Assembly (NCBI GenBank): GCA_964490215.1
Contig: CAZBAM010000003.1
Span: forward strand, 1,489 to 65,488
Source: Candidatus Micrarchaeota archaeon
GTDB lineage: Archaea > Micrarchaeota > Micrarchaeia > Anstonellales > Bilamarchaeaceae
Reading direction: 5' to 3'
DNA length: 64,000 nucleotides
Shown here: positions 55,681 through 64,000 of the stretch, in pieces
Layout of the letters: every line of letters starts with the position of its first letter
Numbering within the stretch: the stretch's first letter is position 1
Position numbers and translations under genes: made by a program
The notes under the pieces: generated by a model
Database searches by the model: none
Seen by the model: only the letters and a program-made list of their open reading frames with translations
Told to the model about the DNA's origin: nothing

Positions 55681-57733
55681 GATGAAGCGCCTGCACCTGA
55701 TGCTGGCCGGGCTGGTCCTGCTGGCTGCATTGTTTTTTGCGCTGGCATCCATGTCCCTCCAGGTCCCCGCTCTCTTCCGCATCTCGTTCGGCACCCCGGA
55801 ATTCACCGAATCCGGCTTTGCGCAGGTCCTCTTCTTCGTGCTCCTGGCCGCCGGCGCATTTTTCACTGGCCGGGCTGCCATCCTGCTCCTGCTTCCAGGA
55901 AAGCACGAGGCAAAGCACGACAACAGCAGAGAATGCGATGCAAAGCACGACGGAAAGCACGACGCAAAGTACGATGCAACGCACGACGGAACGCACGACC
56001 GGATGGTCTTCCCGGCATCGGTCTTCCTGGGGTTCGGCATCGCAGGCTTCATTGCCATGCTGTCCGGCCTCGCCGGCCAATTCACTCTCGCCCTGCCGCT
56101 GTTCGGCGTCATCGCTGCAGCGTCGCTGCTCTTCCTTCTCAGGAAAAACGCGCTGGCCGCTGAGCTGCCTGCCATGCCCCTGGCCCTGGCGGCCGGGATG
56201 CTCGCGCTCTCCGCGTTGCTTGCCGCCGCCTTCCCCATCCTGTCCCCTGACGCGTGGTTCTACCACGCGGAAATGAGCAGGATACTGTTCCAGGAGCACG
56301 CGTTCCCGCAGATTGCCGGCACAGGCCTCGGCCTCGGCATCTCCTCCAACTACCCGCCGCTGTTCCCTTCGCTGGGCGCGCTCGCACTGCCGCCCGCGGG
56401 TGCGTCCAGCGGCGCGTCCAGCGGCCCGCCCGGCGATTCGTTCAACGACTTCGGCCTGCGGCTCGTTTCCCGGTTCATCGCGCTGTTCCTCGCGCTCCCG
56501 CTTTTCATCCTCTCAAAAAAGCTCTTCAGGGAAAACGCCACTGCGCTTTTCTTTTTCTTCTGGGCGCTGGCGAACCTCTTCATCGTAATCAACGCCAGCA
56601 GCTGCTACCCGCTGCTTTTCGCCTTCTTCGTGCTGTCCTTCCATTACTGGCTCGCTTTCCTTGAAAGCAAAAGCCCCGGCGCGCTCGCGCTGTCCTCGCT
56701 GTTTTTCGGCTTCTCCCTCCTGTGCTCCTACCTCGCCCTGGCGTTAGCCCCTGTCTTCCTGGTCTTCTGGCTTTCGGAAAACAAATACCGGCTGGCCGGC
56801 TGGCGCGCCCCCTGCGCCTTCTTCCTCATCGCCTTGCTCCTGTTCAGCCCCTGGGCGGTGCGGACCTTCCTGCTGACCGGCGACCCCATCTACCCTGCCA
56901 TCGCCTCGCTTTTCGCAAAACCCGGGTCGCCGCTCCATGTCACCGTGGAGCACCTGGCCGTTTCCACGCTCGGCAGCGGCATCGTGAGCCGCATGCAGTT
57001 CTTTTTCACGATACTCCCGTTCCCCCTGTTCGGTGCCGCAGCCCTGCTGTTCTCCATCCGTGCCGCCTGGAAGGCGCGGCCGGGCCTGCGGGAAAGCCTC
57101 ACCGGGCTGCTTTCCGGCCCCTACGCCCTGTGGTTCCTCTATCCGCTCCCCCTGCTCCTCATACCCTCGTTCGTTTCCCCCAAGTATGCTGTGCTCCTCC
57201 TGCTGCCAGCAGCCCATCTGACAGCGCGGGCATTCGGCTCGCTTAGGAACAGCCCGCAGCTGTCCTTCGCGTTCAGGTTCATGTGCATGGCAGTCGTTCT
57301 CATAGCAACCCTCGCGTTCTTGCTCCCTGTCCACTGCCTCTTCTGCGGCTACGAGGCCGTGAGGATGGTTCCACACGGCAACGGCATGGCAGACTTTTTC
57401 GTGGCCGCGAATTCCCTGCAGGGCCGCATCGCAGCCTTTGACATGCCGACATACTACCTCTCCGAAGGGCGCCAGAAGATAATCGCGATTGACGAGGGCG
57501 CAATCTTCAGCCGGCTGGCTGCCGCTGATTCCAACCAGGCGCAGGCCTGCATCCTCAAACAGGCCGGTGCGGACTACGTCCTGCTGCCGCTCGGGCTGAT
57601 GCCGCAGGAGCAGTTCGCCATCCAGCTTTTCCAGAACCTCTCCAACCCGAAGCTGGTCCCGGTGATGGGGTTCCACGGCCCCTGGCAGAACGCCAGCCAG
57701 CTGACACTTTACAGGATATCCGGCTGCGGTTAG
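55676..57733 (+). CDS. GT-C-like membrane glycosyltransferase with KHD tandem insertion
   Basis: DAWFYH, NYPPLFP, GDPIYP; many TM helices. Confidence 0.75.
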   Translation: MMMKRLHLMLAGLVLLAALFFALASMSLQVPALFRISFGTPEFTESGFAQVLFFVLLAAGAFFTGRAAILLLLPGKHEAKHDNSRECDAKHDGKHDAKYDATHDGTHDRMVFPASVFLGFGIAGFIAMLSGLAGQFTLALPLFGVIAAASLLFLLRKNALAAELPAMPLALAAGMLALSALLAAAFPILSPDAWFYHAEMSRILFQEHAFPQIAGTGLGLGISSNYPPLFPSLGALALPPAGASSGASSGPPGDSFNDFGLRLVSRFIALFLALPLFILSKKLFRENATALFFFFWALANLFIVINASSCYPLLFAFFVLSFHYWLAFLESKSPGALALSSLFFGFSLLCSYLALALAPVFLVFWLSENKYRLAGWRAPCAFFLIALLLFSPWAVRTFLLTGDPIYPAIASLFAKPGSPLHVTVEHLAVSTLGSGIVSRMQFFFTILPFPLFGAAALLFSIRAAWKARPGLRESLTGLLSGPYALWFLYPLPLLLIPSFVSPKYAVLLLLPAAHLTARAFGSLRNSPQLSFAFRFMCMAVVLIATLAFLLPVHCLFCGYEAVRMVPHGNGMADFFVAANSLQGRIAAFDMPTYYLSEGRQKIIAIDEGAIFSRLAAADSNQAQACILKQAGADYVLLPLGLMPQEQFAIQLFQNLSNPKLVPVMGFHGPWQNASQLTLYRISGCG

Positions 57734-57920
57734 CCGGCTCTGCAGGAAAGCTCAGGCGCCTTGCCGGGCTAGTCTTATTTCTGGCCTTCCGGTGACTGCG
57801 GTCACCAGCTGTCGCGCTGCTGCGCAACATAGGACGCCCTTTGGGCACTGGACCCACCGTCTGCGGACGGTCCCCCCGTGCCGGTTCATGGAGGTATTTA
57901 TCAGGGATTCCTGCAAAGTC
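57731..57920 (+). repeat. Dispersed structured repeat, copy C (with ~45-nt hairpin insert)
   Basis: Begins at the TAG stop of the upstream gene; same blocks; insert GGTGAC-TGCG-GTCACC. Confidence 0.9.
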
Positions 57921-57963
57921 CCGAATCGCAAGCGCTTTTATTTTGTCGGGCATACTGTTTTGC

Positions 57964-59688
57964 ATGAACCCGGACCCTCGCATGCAGCCGGACATAAGTA
58001 TGCCTCCGGAACCCGGCATGCACCTGGACAGCCGTATGCCCCCGGAACCCCGCGTGCGCCCGGAAACCGGCACGCACCCGAACCACCCAGCGCAGGCTTT
58101 CCTTCCGGTCAAACTCCCTTCTTTACCTACCCTCGTTTTTTACGGCGTCGTGCTTCTCCTCCTCATCCAGCTCGTTTCAGGCTACGCCGCCTTTCTCAAT
58201 TACCTCTACTCCAATTCCGGCACCCTCCTCTGGAAGGCTTACGACTGGCCTGATACCGCGGTGATGGTCCAGAGCGTCATGGACGGCCGGTTCTTCTCCG
58301 GATACCCTGAAGCGTTCATCTCAGGCAAATCCATGTTCGGGCTGTTCCCTCCGCTCCTGCCGCTGCTGGCCGGCGTCATAAACCTGGCAACAGGCAACAT
58401 CGCCATCACATTCGTCCTGCTTTCGGCAGTCCTTTCGCTGCTTATCTCATATTTTACAGCGAAAGACTGGCCAGCGTGGCCCCAGAAGCTGATTGTAGTC
58501 CTGTTCCTGTTCTGCTATCCCATCGTCGGCGACGTCCCTCCGTTTATCGTCCGGCTTAGGGAGCTGTTCGCTGTCTTCTTGCTCGTCCTGCTTTTCAAAA
58601 ACCCTTTCCGCATGAAGCCTGAGAAGAACTACCTCGTCCTCGGCCTGTTATTAATCCTCTCGCAGCCGCTGGTGGCTTTGATAGGCCTGCTTTCGTATCC
58701 ATTCCTGAATCCGGAAAACTGGAAGATGAAGGCGGACCTGCGCTCTTTCGCCGTCTTCGCGGCCCTGGCGCTGGCATTCACGGCCACCTACCACCAGCAC
58801 ATCCTCCTGAACCTGCCTGGCGGTGCAGCAAACACCAACTCGCTGGGGCAGTGCCTGCCGAAAGCATATGGAATCCCGCTGGACGCCATGCTCACACTCT
58901 TCAGCGTCCCGGCGCTTTTCTTTTTCGTTTTCTCCAGGAACAACCTCGTAAGGGGCGCATTGCTCCTTTTCACGCTGTGGTGGTTCTCCCTCATCGTCTT
59001 CTCGGAAAATACCGGCCTGCTCTCCCTGCTGGCGTTTCCGGTGAAGGATGATTTCATATTCCAGACGCTCCCGTTCTTCGCGTTTTTCGCCCTGTTCCCG
59101 CCGCCCGGAAAACCGAAGGACGGCAACACGAAGCATCTTTTGGCAATCCTCCTTGTCCTGGCGCTTTTACTGGCCAACATGAAAATAGGGGCCCCGCTCA
59201 ATTCAGCAGGAGCAGAAGAAACGCAGTTCCGGAACATAGCCGGCTCGCTCCAAAACCACTCAAAAATCCTGTCCATGACTTTCTACGCGGTAGAGTCAAA
59301 ACGCGCATTCTTTTTCAGCGGGTCAGACTTCCGGCTGATTTCCGAAATCTTTTTGAAGAAACTGCCCGTCCAGGCTTATTACTCCCCGTTCCAGTCCTTC
59401 TACGATACAGAGGGGCTCTACGCGCCGGTTTCAGGCCTGATCGGTTCAATCAACGAAAAGAACCGTTCCGCATGCGTGTCATTCGCCGGCAACCTCTCCC
59501 GGAAAACCGATTACCTGCACCTTGGCCTGAGCGTCATCCACAACGGCGACCGGGGCTGGTCCGGCCGGGCTTTGGCAAACCTCGCCGACCGTGGTTTCCT
59601 TGAAGAATGCGGCATCAGCCTCGTGGCAGACGAGTCCGGAAACGGCACTGACAAGGTGCAAATCCTCTACCGGTTCAGAACAACCTGA
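57964..59688 (+). CDS. Multi-pass membrane protein, possible GT-C family, with N-terminal 6-aa repeats
   Basis: DWPD, LFPPLLP; TM-rich; MPPEP repeats; ATG 57964 lies after repeat C. Confidence 0.65.
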   Translation: MNPDPRMQPDISMPPEPGMHLDSRMPPEPRVRPETGTHPNHPAQAFLPVKLPSLPTLVFYGVVLLLLIQLVSGYAAFLNYLYSNSGTLLWKAYDWPDTAVMVQSVMDGRFFSGYPEAFISGKSMFGLFPPLLPLLAGVINLATGNIAITFVLLSAVLSLLISYFTAKDWPAWPQKLIVVLFLFCYPIVGDVPPFIVRLRELFAVFLLVLLFKNPFRMKPEKNYLVLGLLLILSQPLVALIGLLSYPFLNPENWKMKADLRSFAVFAALALAFTATYHQHILLNLPGGAANTNSLGQCLPKAYGIPLDAMLTLFSVPALFFFVFSRNNLVRGALLLFTLWWFSLIVFSENTGLLSLLAFPVKDDFIFQTLPFFAFFALFPPPGKPKDGNTKHLLAILLVLALLLANMKIGAPLNSAGAEETQFRNIAGSLQNHSKILSMTFYAVESKRAFFFSGSDFRLISEIFLKKLPVQAYYSPFQSFYDTEGLYAPVSGLIGSINEKNRSACVSFAGNLSRKTDYLHLGLSVIHNGDRGWSGRALANLADRGFLEECGISLVADESGNGTDKVQILYRFRTT

Positions 59689-59733
59689 GGTGCGCGGCAA
59701 TCGCGCCCGTCGCACCGGACGCTGCACCCGTTT

Positions 59734-61170
59734 TTATTTCACCGCGAACAGCTCAATCGGATTCAGTTCGTCAGTCAGCGGGGCCGTCTCAGGCACAGGG
59801 CCGCCGTAGATGGCGTCCGCATGCCTTTCCCTGAACGCGGCCACGTCCTTGTCCGTGGCTATGAGCACGATGTTCTGGGTTTCCATCGGGCCAGTGCCGA
59901 CCGGCAGGATGACCACGTTGGTGAAAACAGATGAGAACGTATTGTAGAGATGGACGAAAGCGCCTGAGTTCTTCCCGTCCAGCGCCGATATAAGGTTGAC
60001 CACCACTACGCCGTCCGGGCCCATCCGGCCCTTGAGTTCTGAGAGGCACTCCCTCGTCGCAAGATTATACGGGATGTTCTTGCCCCTGAACACGTCCATG
60101 AGCACGAGGTCGTATGTCCTGTCCGTCTTCCTGAGGTAGCGCCGGGCGTCGTCTATTATTATCTCCGTCCTGTTGTCATCACTGAGCGAAAAGAACTCCA
60201 CGCCAATCTCCACTGCGCGTGGGTCAATGTCCACGCCGTCCACTGTTACGCCGGGGAAGCTTTTTTTCAGGTCTTCAACCTCGGTGCCGCCCGCAACCCC
60301 GACCACCAGGGCGCGGGCCGGATTTTCCACAAGCTCATAGCCGAGCCTGGTTTTGATCAGATACGGGAATGCCGGCTCCCCCCCGCCGAACTCGCCGCTG
60401 GACGCCGCATTGTCCAGATAAAGCACCCTCGCCGGCTGGCCGCTTACGTTCTGCTCCACTACCGTGAGATGGTAATACCGGGTGTCCTCCGCGTAGATTA
60501 CGCTTCCGTCGAACAGCGGAAAGAACCCGAACTGGGAGACTATTCCTGCCAGGGCGATGAAGGTGACGCCTTCCATGAGCATGAACCCGCCCTTCCTGCC
60601 GGCCAGCCAGCTGGCCCCCAGCATGAGCACTGCTGCCAGTATGAATATGTGCGTCAGGTGCATGTTCGGTATGAGCACGAACCCGGTGCCGAGGGTGCCC
60701 ATGATGCTCCCCACGGTGGAGAGGGCGAATATGCTGCCAGCGCCTTTCCCTTCCTCGCCTGCCTTCGCCGTGAGCTTTATGGCGTATGGCGACACCATCC
60801 CGTAGCAGACGCTCGCCGGGACAAGCACGAAACTGGCGATGACGCTGGCAATCCACAGGTCCAGGAAGGCGGTGAACGGCAGCAGCATCCACCCGATGAA
60901 CGGGACTGCCAGGGTGAACAGGGCCGCGCAGAGCAGGATGGTGGAAAAATGCCTCCTGTCCCCGTAGCGGTCGCCCAGCGAGCCGCCCACGTAATACCCT
61001 GCGCTGAGCGATGCCATGACCAGCCCTATGACTGCCGCCCACGTATATATAGTATTGCCAAGGTAGGGCGCCATCAGCCGGGCGCCTGCCAGCTCTATCA
61101 CCATGGCGCATGCCCCGGATATGAAAACCGCCAGCATGAGGCCGCCTGGCGGCGAAGGTGTTTTTTCCAT
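59734..61170 (-). CDS. Fused membrane domain/spermidine synthase-like SAM-dependent transferase
   Basis: ISGACAMVIEL..RLMAPYLG, FALSTVGSIMG, VDIDP, DDARRYL, LTDELNP. Confidence 0.9.
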   Translation of the reverse strand: MEKTPSPPGGLMLAVFISGACAMVIELAGARLMAPYLGNTIYTWAAVIGLVMASLSAGYYVGGSLGDRYGDRRHFSTILLCAALFTLAVPFIGWMLLPFTAFLDLWIASVIASFVLVPASVCYGMVSPYAIKLTAKAGEEGKGAGSIFALSTVGSIMGTLGTGFVLIPNMHLTHIFILAAVLMLGASWLAGRKGGFMLMEGVTFIALAGIVSQFGFFPLFDGSVIYAEDTRYYHLTVVEQNVSGQPARVLYLDNAASSGEFGGGEPAFPYLIKTRLGYELVENPARALVVGVAGGTEVEDLKKSFPGVTVDGVDIDPRAVEIGVEFFSLSDDNRTEIIIDDARRYLRKTDRTYDLVLMDVFRGKNIPYNLATRECLSELKGRMGPDGVVVVNLISALDGKNSGAFVHLYNTFSSVFTNVVILPVGTGPMETQNIVLIATDKDVAAFRERHADAIYGGPVPETAPLTDELNPIELFAVK

Positions 61171-61267
61171 GACGTCACCTGATGACGAACCCGCCTGGAT
61201 GGACCTGGGACGGACCCAAGACGGTATTCCAGCCAAGTTTTATAAAGTTAATATCCATTCTTCTCCC

Positions 61268-62215
61268 ATGAAGCTCACGCTCTTCTACGACCGCACCGTC
61301 CATGACAACGCCGCCCGCTGCTACGAGCTTGCCAAGGAAGCACGGCAGAAAATCGCCGGCCTGGAGAAGGCGATCGGCGAGACCGGGAAGGAGATAGAAA
61401 AGGCGGAAAAGGGCAGGAAGAAGGAAGCGCGGGTGAAGCGGGAGAGGGAGTGGTACGAAAAATTCCATTTCGCCTTCACCAGCTGCGGGAAGCTGATGCT
61501 CGGCGGCAGGAACGCGCAGCAGAACGACATGCTGTTCGCGAAGCACATGGACGACGCTGACCTTTTCTTCCACGCTGACATCCAGGGCGCCTCGGCGGTG
61601 GTGCTGAAGGGCGGTGCTGAACTGCCCGGCAGCGGGTCCGGGGGCGAAGGAGGTGGCGGGAACGCGGGCGAAGAAGAGCGCAGGGCCACGGGCGAACGAG
61701 GAGGCGACTGGGTCGCTGGCAAAGCAGGGCGCGGGGACGCTGGCGAGGGAGGGCACGGGAACGCGGGTGAAGGAGTTGCCGGGGACGCGGCAAAAAACGA
61801 ACTGGCCGAAGCCGCGCAGTTCGCAGCCAGCTTCTCAAAGGCATGGGTGAACGGCAACGCCAGCGTGGACGTGTATGCGGTCAGGAAAAGCCAGGTCTCC
61901 AAGCACGCCACGGGCGGGTTCATCCCTGTTGGCGCGTTCGCCATCTCCGGCGAGCGGCTGTGGTTCAGGGCGACGAGGCTCGCCCTGCGCATCGGCCTCG
62001 GCGAAAAAGGCATCGCGCTCGTCCCGGAACTCACTGCCATCAACGCAAAACCCGGAACCCCGAAACTCCGGAGCCCGCTCGTGCTCGTGCCGTCGCAGGC
62101 CGGAAAGGACAAGGGCAGCATAGCAAAGTCGCTCGCCAGGCGCTACGGCGTGCATCCGGACGGTCTTCTTGAGCTCCTCCCCAACGGCAGGACGAAAACG
62201 CTGGAAACGCCGTAG
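61268..62215 (+). CDS. NFACT RNA-binding domain protein (DUF814/Rqc2-like C-terminal part) with Gly-rich insertion
   Basis: WYEKFHF, LGGRNAQQND, FFHADIQGAS, EAAQFAASFSKAW, GAFAISGER; start ATG 61268. Confidence 0.88.
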   Translation: MKLTLFYDRTVHDNAARCYELAKEARQKIAGLEKAIGETGKEIEKAEKGRKKEARVKREREWYEKFHFAFTSCGKLMLGGRNAQQNDMLFAKHMDDADLFFHADIQGASAVVLKGGAELPGSGSGGEGGGGNAGEEERRATGERGGDWVAGKAGRGDAGEGGHGNAGEGVAGDAAKNELAEAAQFAASFSKAWVNGNASVDVYAVRKSQVSKHATGGFIPVGAFAISGERLWFRATRLALRIGLGEKGIALVPELTAINAKPGTPKLRSPLVLVPSQAGKDKGSIAKSLARRYGVHPDGLLELLPNGRTKTLETP

Positions 62216-62223
62216 CTGTAGTG

Positions 62224-62372
62224 CTTTGTAGGACTCCCCTGAGAAATACCTCCATGAACCGGCACGGGGGGACCATCCCGAAGGGATGGTGGGTCCTGTG
62301 CCCAAAGGGCGTCTATGGGTCAAATATAAGACTAGCCCGGCACGGCGCCTGGGCTTTCCAGAGAGCCGGCTA
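62224..62372 (-). repeat. Dispersed structured repeat, copy D (inverted)
   Basis: Reverse complement matches copies A and C across all blocks. Confidence 0.9.
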
Positions 62373-62463
62373 GCCGCAGGAGATTTCCGGCAGTTTCATC
62401 GCCGGATGACGGAAAGCTTTATAAATAATGTCTCATTTAGCATGATAACATTGGTGATATCAT

Positions 62464-63165
62464 ATGGGATACAAGAATCTTCTGGCGATTGTAGGCCTGC
62501 TGGTAGTCGCGGCAGGCGTTGTTATGGCGATGTCCGGTGCCACTGTCAGCGGGGGTGGCAGTACGAGATGGTCTGGGAACACCACCGGCAGCAACGTCAC
62601 GCAGGGCGGTAACATCACCGCGCTTAACATAGCCCTCAGTACGCTGACGGGCAAGTGGGCGTCCTACTATGGAAACGTGAGCGGTACCCTCATCCTCGGT
62701 GATGGCACCTCAAGCGTATATAGCTGGACCTGGGCCTCGGGCACAGGCGGCAAGGTATGCCTTTCAACCAACGGCACCCTGGCATTCGCCGGGGCGCATA
62801 ATATGTCGACAAACGGCACGGCTGTTGATACCGCGTGGGGGTTCGCCAGCACCGATGTTGACAGCGCAAACAGCACCTACGGAGGAGCCAAGGGGTGCAA
62901 CCTCACCTTCACTGAGGCTTCCATCATCAACACGACCAACATCAGCCTCAAAGGTTCCAGCACCTTCAACAACTGCCTTATAGGCGCCAATAGCTCGGCC
63001 ATAGCTGCAGGCCAGACAGGCTTGCTGGCATTCTGCACCACTATCCAGCCCCTGACCAGTGGCCTGAATTACAAGGGCCAGGCTGCCAACTACGAGATAA
63101 TGGTGGCCACAAACAATACCGCGCTTGCAACTGAGACGTATTACTTCTACGCCCAACTCAGCTGA
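62464..63165 (+). CDS. Secreted S-layer-like glycoprotein
   Basis: Signal peptide; GGNIT.LN..GKWASYYGNVSG motif; many N-x-S/T sequons; strong CTTTATAAATAA box at ~62417. Confidence 0.7.
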   Translation: MGYKNLLAIVGLLVVAAGVVMAMSGATVSGGGSTRWSGNTTGSNVTQGGNITALNIALSTLTGKWASYYGNVSGTLILGDGTSSVYSWTWASGTGGKVCLSTNGTLAFAGAHNMSTNGTAVDTAWGFASTDVDSANSTYGGAKGCNLTFTEASIINTTNISLKGSSTFNNCLIGANSSAIAAGQTGLLAFCTTIQPLTSGLNYKGQAANYEIMVATNNTALATETYYFYAQLS

Positions 63166-63177
63166 AGCCGAGCGGAT

Positions 63178-63210
63178 TCTTTTTTTATTTTTATATTTTT
63201 ATCTTATTTA
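63178..63210 (+). terminator. U-rich archaeal-type terminator
   Basis: TTCTTTTTTTATTTTTATATTTTT immediately after the stop codon. Confidence 0.55.
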
Positions 63211-63379
63211 TCCGGATAAAACACGGATAAAAACAGAAATATCAAAACAGGAATATCATGTGCGGAAAAACATGGAACCCGGGGATGGCGGAAACGACAC
63301 GGAATGCAGGAATGCAAAGGCAGAACGAAGAGCAACGTAAATAAAAAATGACAGCAAGACTGTGCCGGAGGAAACCTGT

Positions 63380-64000
63380 ATGCGGATTGCCATCCTATTT
63401 ATGCTCCTGCTTTTCACGACTGCGTATGCCGAGGACTACGTGGCAGTAAATTCCATGGACGGCAGGGACGTCCTCTCGGCCATATTCTACGCGAACGTGA
63501 AGGGCGAGCCGGTGAAGTTCATGCCGGTGCCCGGCGGAAGCAGCGACCTGTTCGTGGCCAAGATAGGCGCGGGCCATTCCATCCTCCTCATCCAGTCCGA
63601 GACGCCGGTCAGCGGCTTCGTGGAGAACGCGCTCAGGGCGAACAACAACACGGTCCAGCTGTTCGCGTCCAGCGGCGGCGCAGCCACCAACCTTGAGCTT
63701 GCCGCGCGCTCCGGCGCAGAGAGCTTCATAGTCGTGGATTCAGCCTACTCGGACAGCGCTCTGTCCGTGCTTTCCTACGCCAGGCACACCGGCTCCTACG
63801 TCATACTTGCCGACAAGAACAACATTGACCAGGTCAGGAGCGTCGTCGCAGGGAAGAAGGTGATGATTTTCGGGCTTGTGGACGCCGAGGTCAAGGCCGG
63901 GCTGGCTCCCTACGCCCCGGTGATAGTGGGCAGGGGAGAGGACAAGTTCGAGGACAACCTCATAATGTGCAACATGACCCTGAGCGAGTTTTCCGTCACC
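63380..64000 (+). CDS. Secreted surface protein with cell-wall-binding-repeat-2-like segments, truncated by window end (missed by ORF track)
   Basis: MRIAILFMLLLFTTAYA signal; DVLSAIFYAN, SDSALSVLSYARHTGSYVIL; frame open to 64000. Confidence 0.7.
   Translation, partial: MRIAILFMLLLFTTAYAEDYVAVNSMDGRDVLSAIFYANVKGEPVKFMPVPGGSSDLFVAKIGAGHSILLIQSETPVSGFVENALRANNNTVQLFASSGGAATNLELAARSGAESFIVVDSAYSDSALSVLSYARHTGSYVILADKNNIDQVRSVVAGKKVMIFGLVDAEVKAGLAPYAPVIVGRGEDKFEDNLIMCNMTLSEFSVT

Noticed and set aside
48223-62372. Dispersed repeats or tandem spacers as a CRISPR array
   Set aside because: No regularly spaced identical 25-45 nt repeats with unique spacers, and no cas genes

Overview
GC-rich archaeal chromosome segment. 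Archaeal evidence: P0/P1-type stalk proteins, eL41, uS10, AMP phosphorylase plus ribose-1,5-bisphosphate isomerase, and tRNA introns with bulge-helix-bulge-like (BHB) junctions. Multi-intron tRNAs, VirB2-like pilins and many lipoproteins suggest a DPANN lineage, probably Micrarchaeota-like (inference only). Housekeeping content: rsmA, grpE-dnaK-J domain-dnaJ, ask-asd, purH, purU, argF-carA-carB, rpl1-rpl10-rpl12, rpl41e, rps10, TldD. Accessory content: four toxin-antitoxin modules; a ~3.1 kb islet at the 3' end of tRNA-Asp bounded by a 13-bp att-like repeat and carrying a Pif1-WYL helicase plus MNT-HEPN; an AT-rich islet after carB; and a ~12 kb surface locus (two pilins, several GT-C/GT2 glycosyltransferases, a B12 radical SAM enzyme), with S-layer-like genes at the window end. 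The strongest non-coding signals, none visible in the ORF track, are: (1) a dispersed ~110-240 bp repeat in four copies with conserved blocks and interchangeable UNCG-type hairpins; (2) a leader upstream of rpl41e that duplicates its ribosome-binding site and first 9 codons with only synonymous changes and carries a 12-nt arm able to pair with either copy; (3) tRNA-Asp and tRNA-Tyr genes each split by two introns (15/16 and 37/38). No CRISPR array, rRNA gene, integrase or transposase was found. All assignments are by eye from motifs; no database searches were run.
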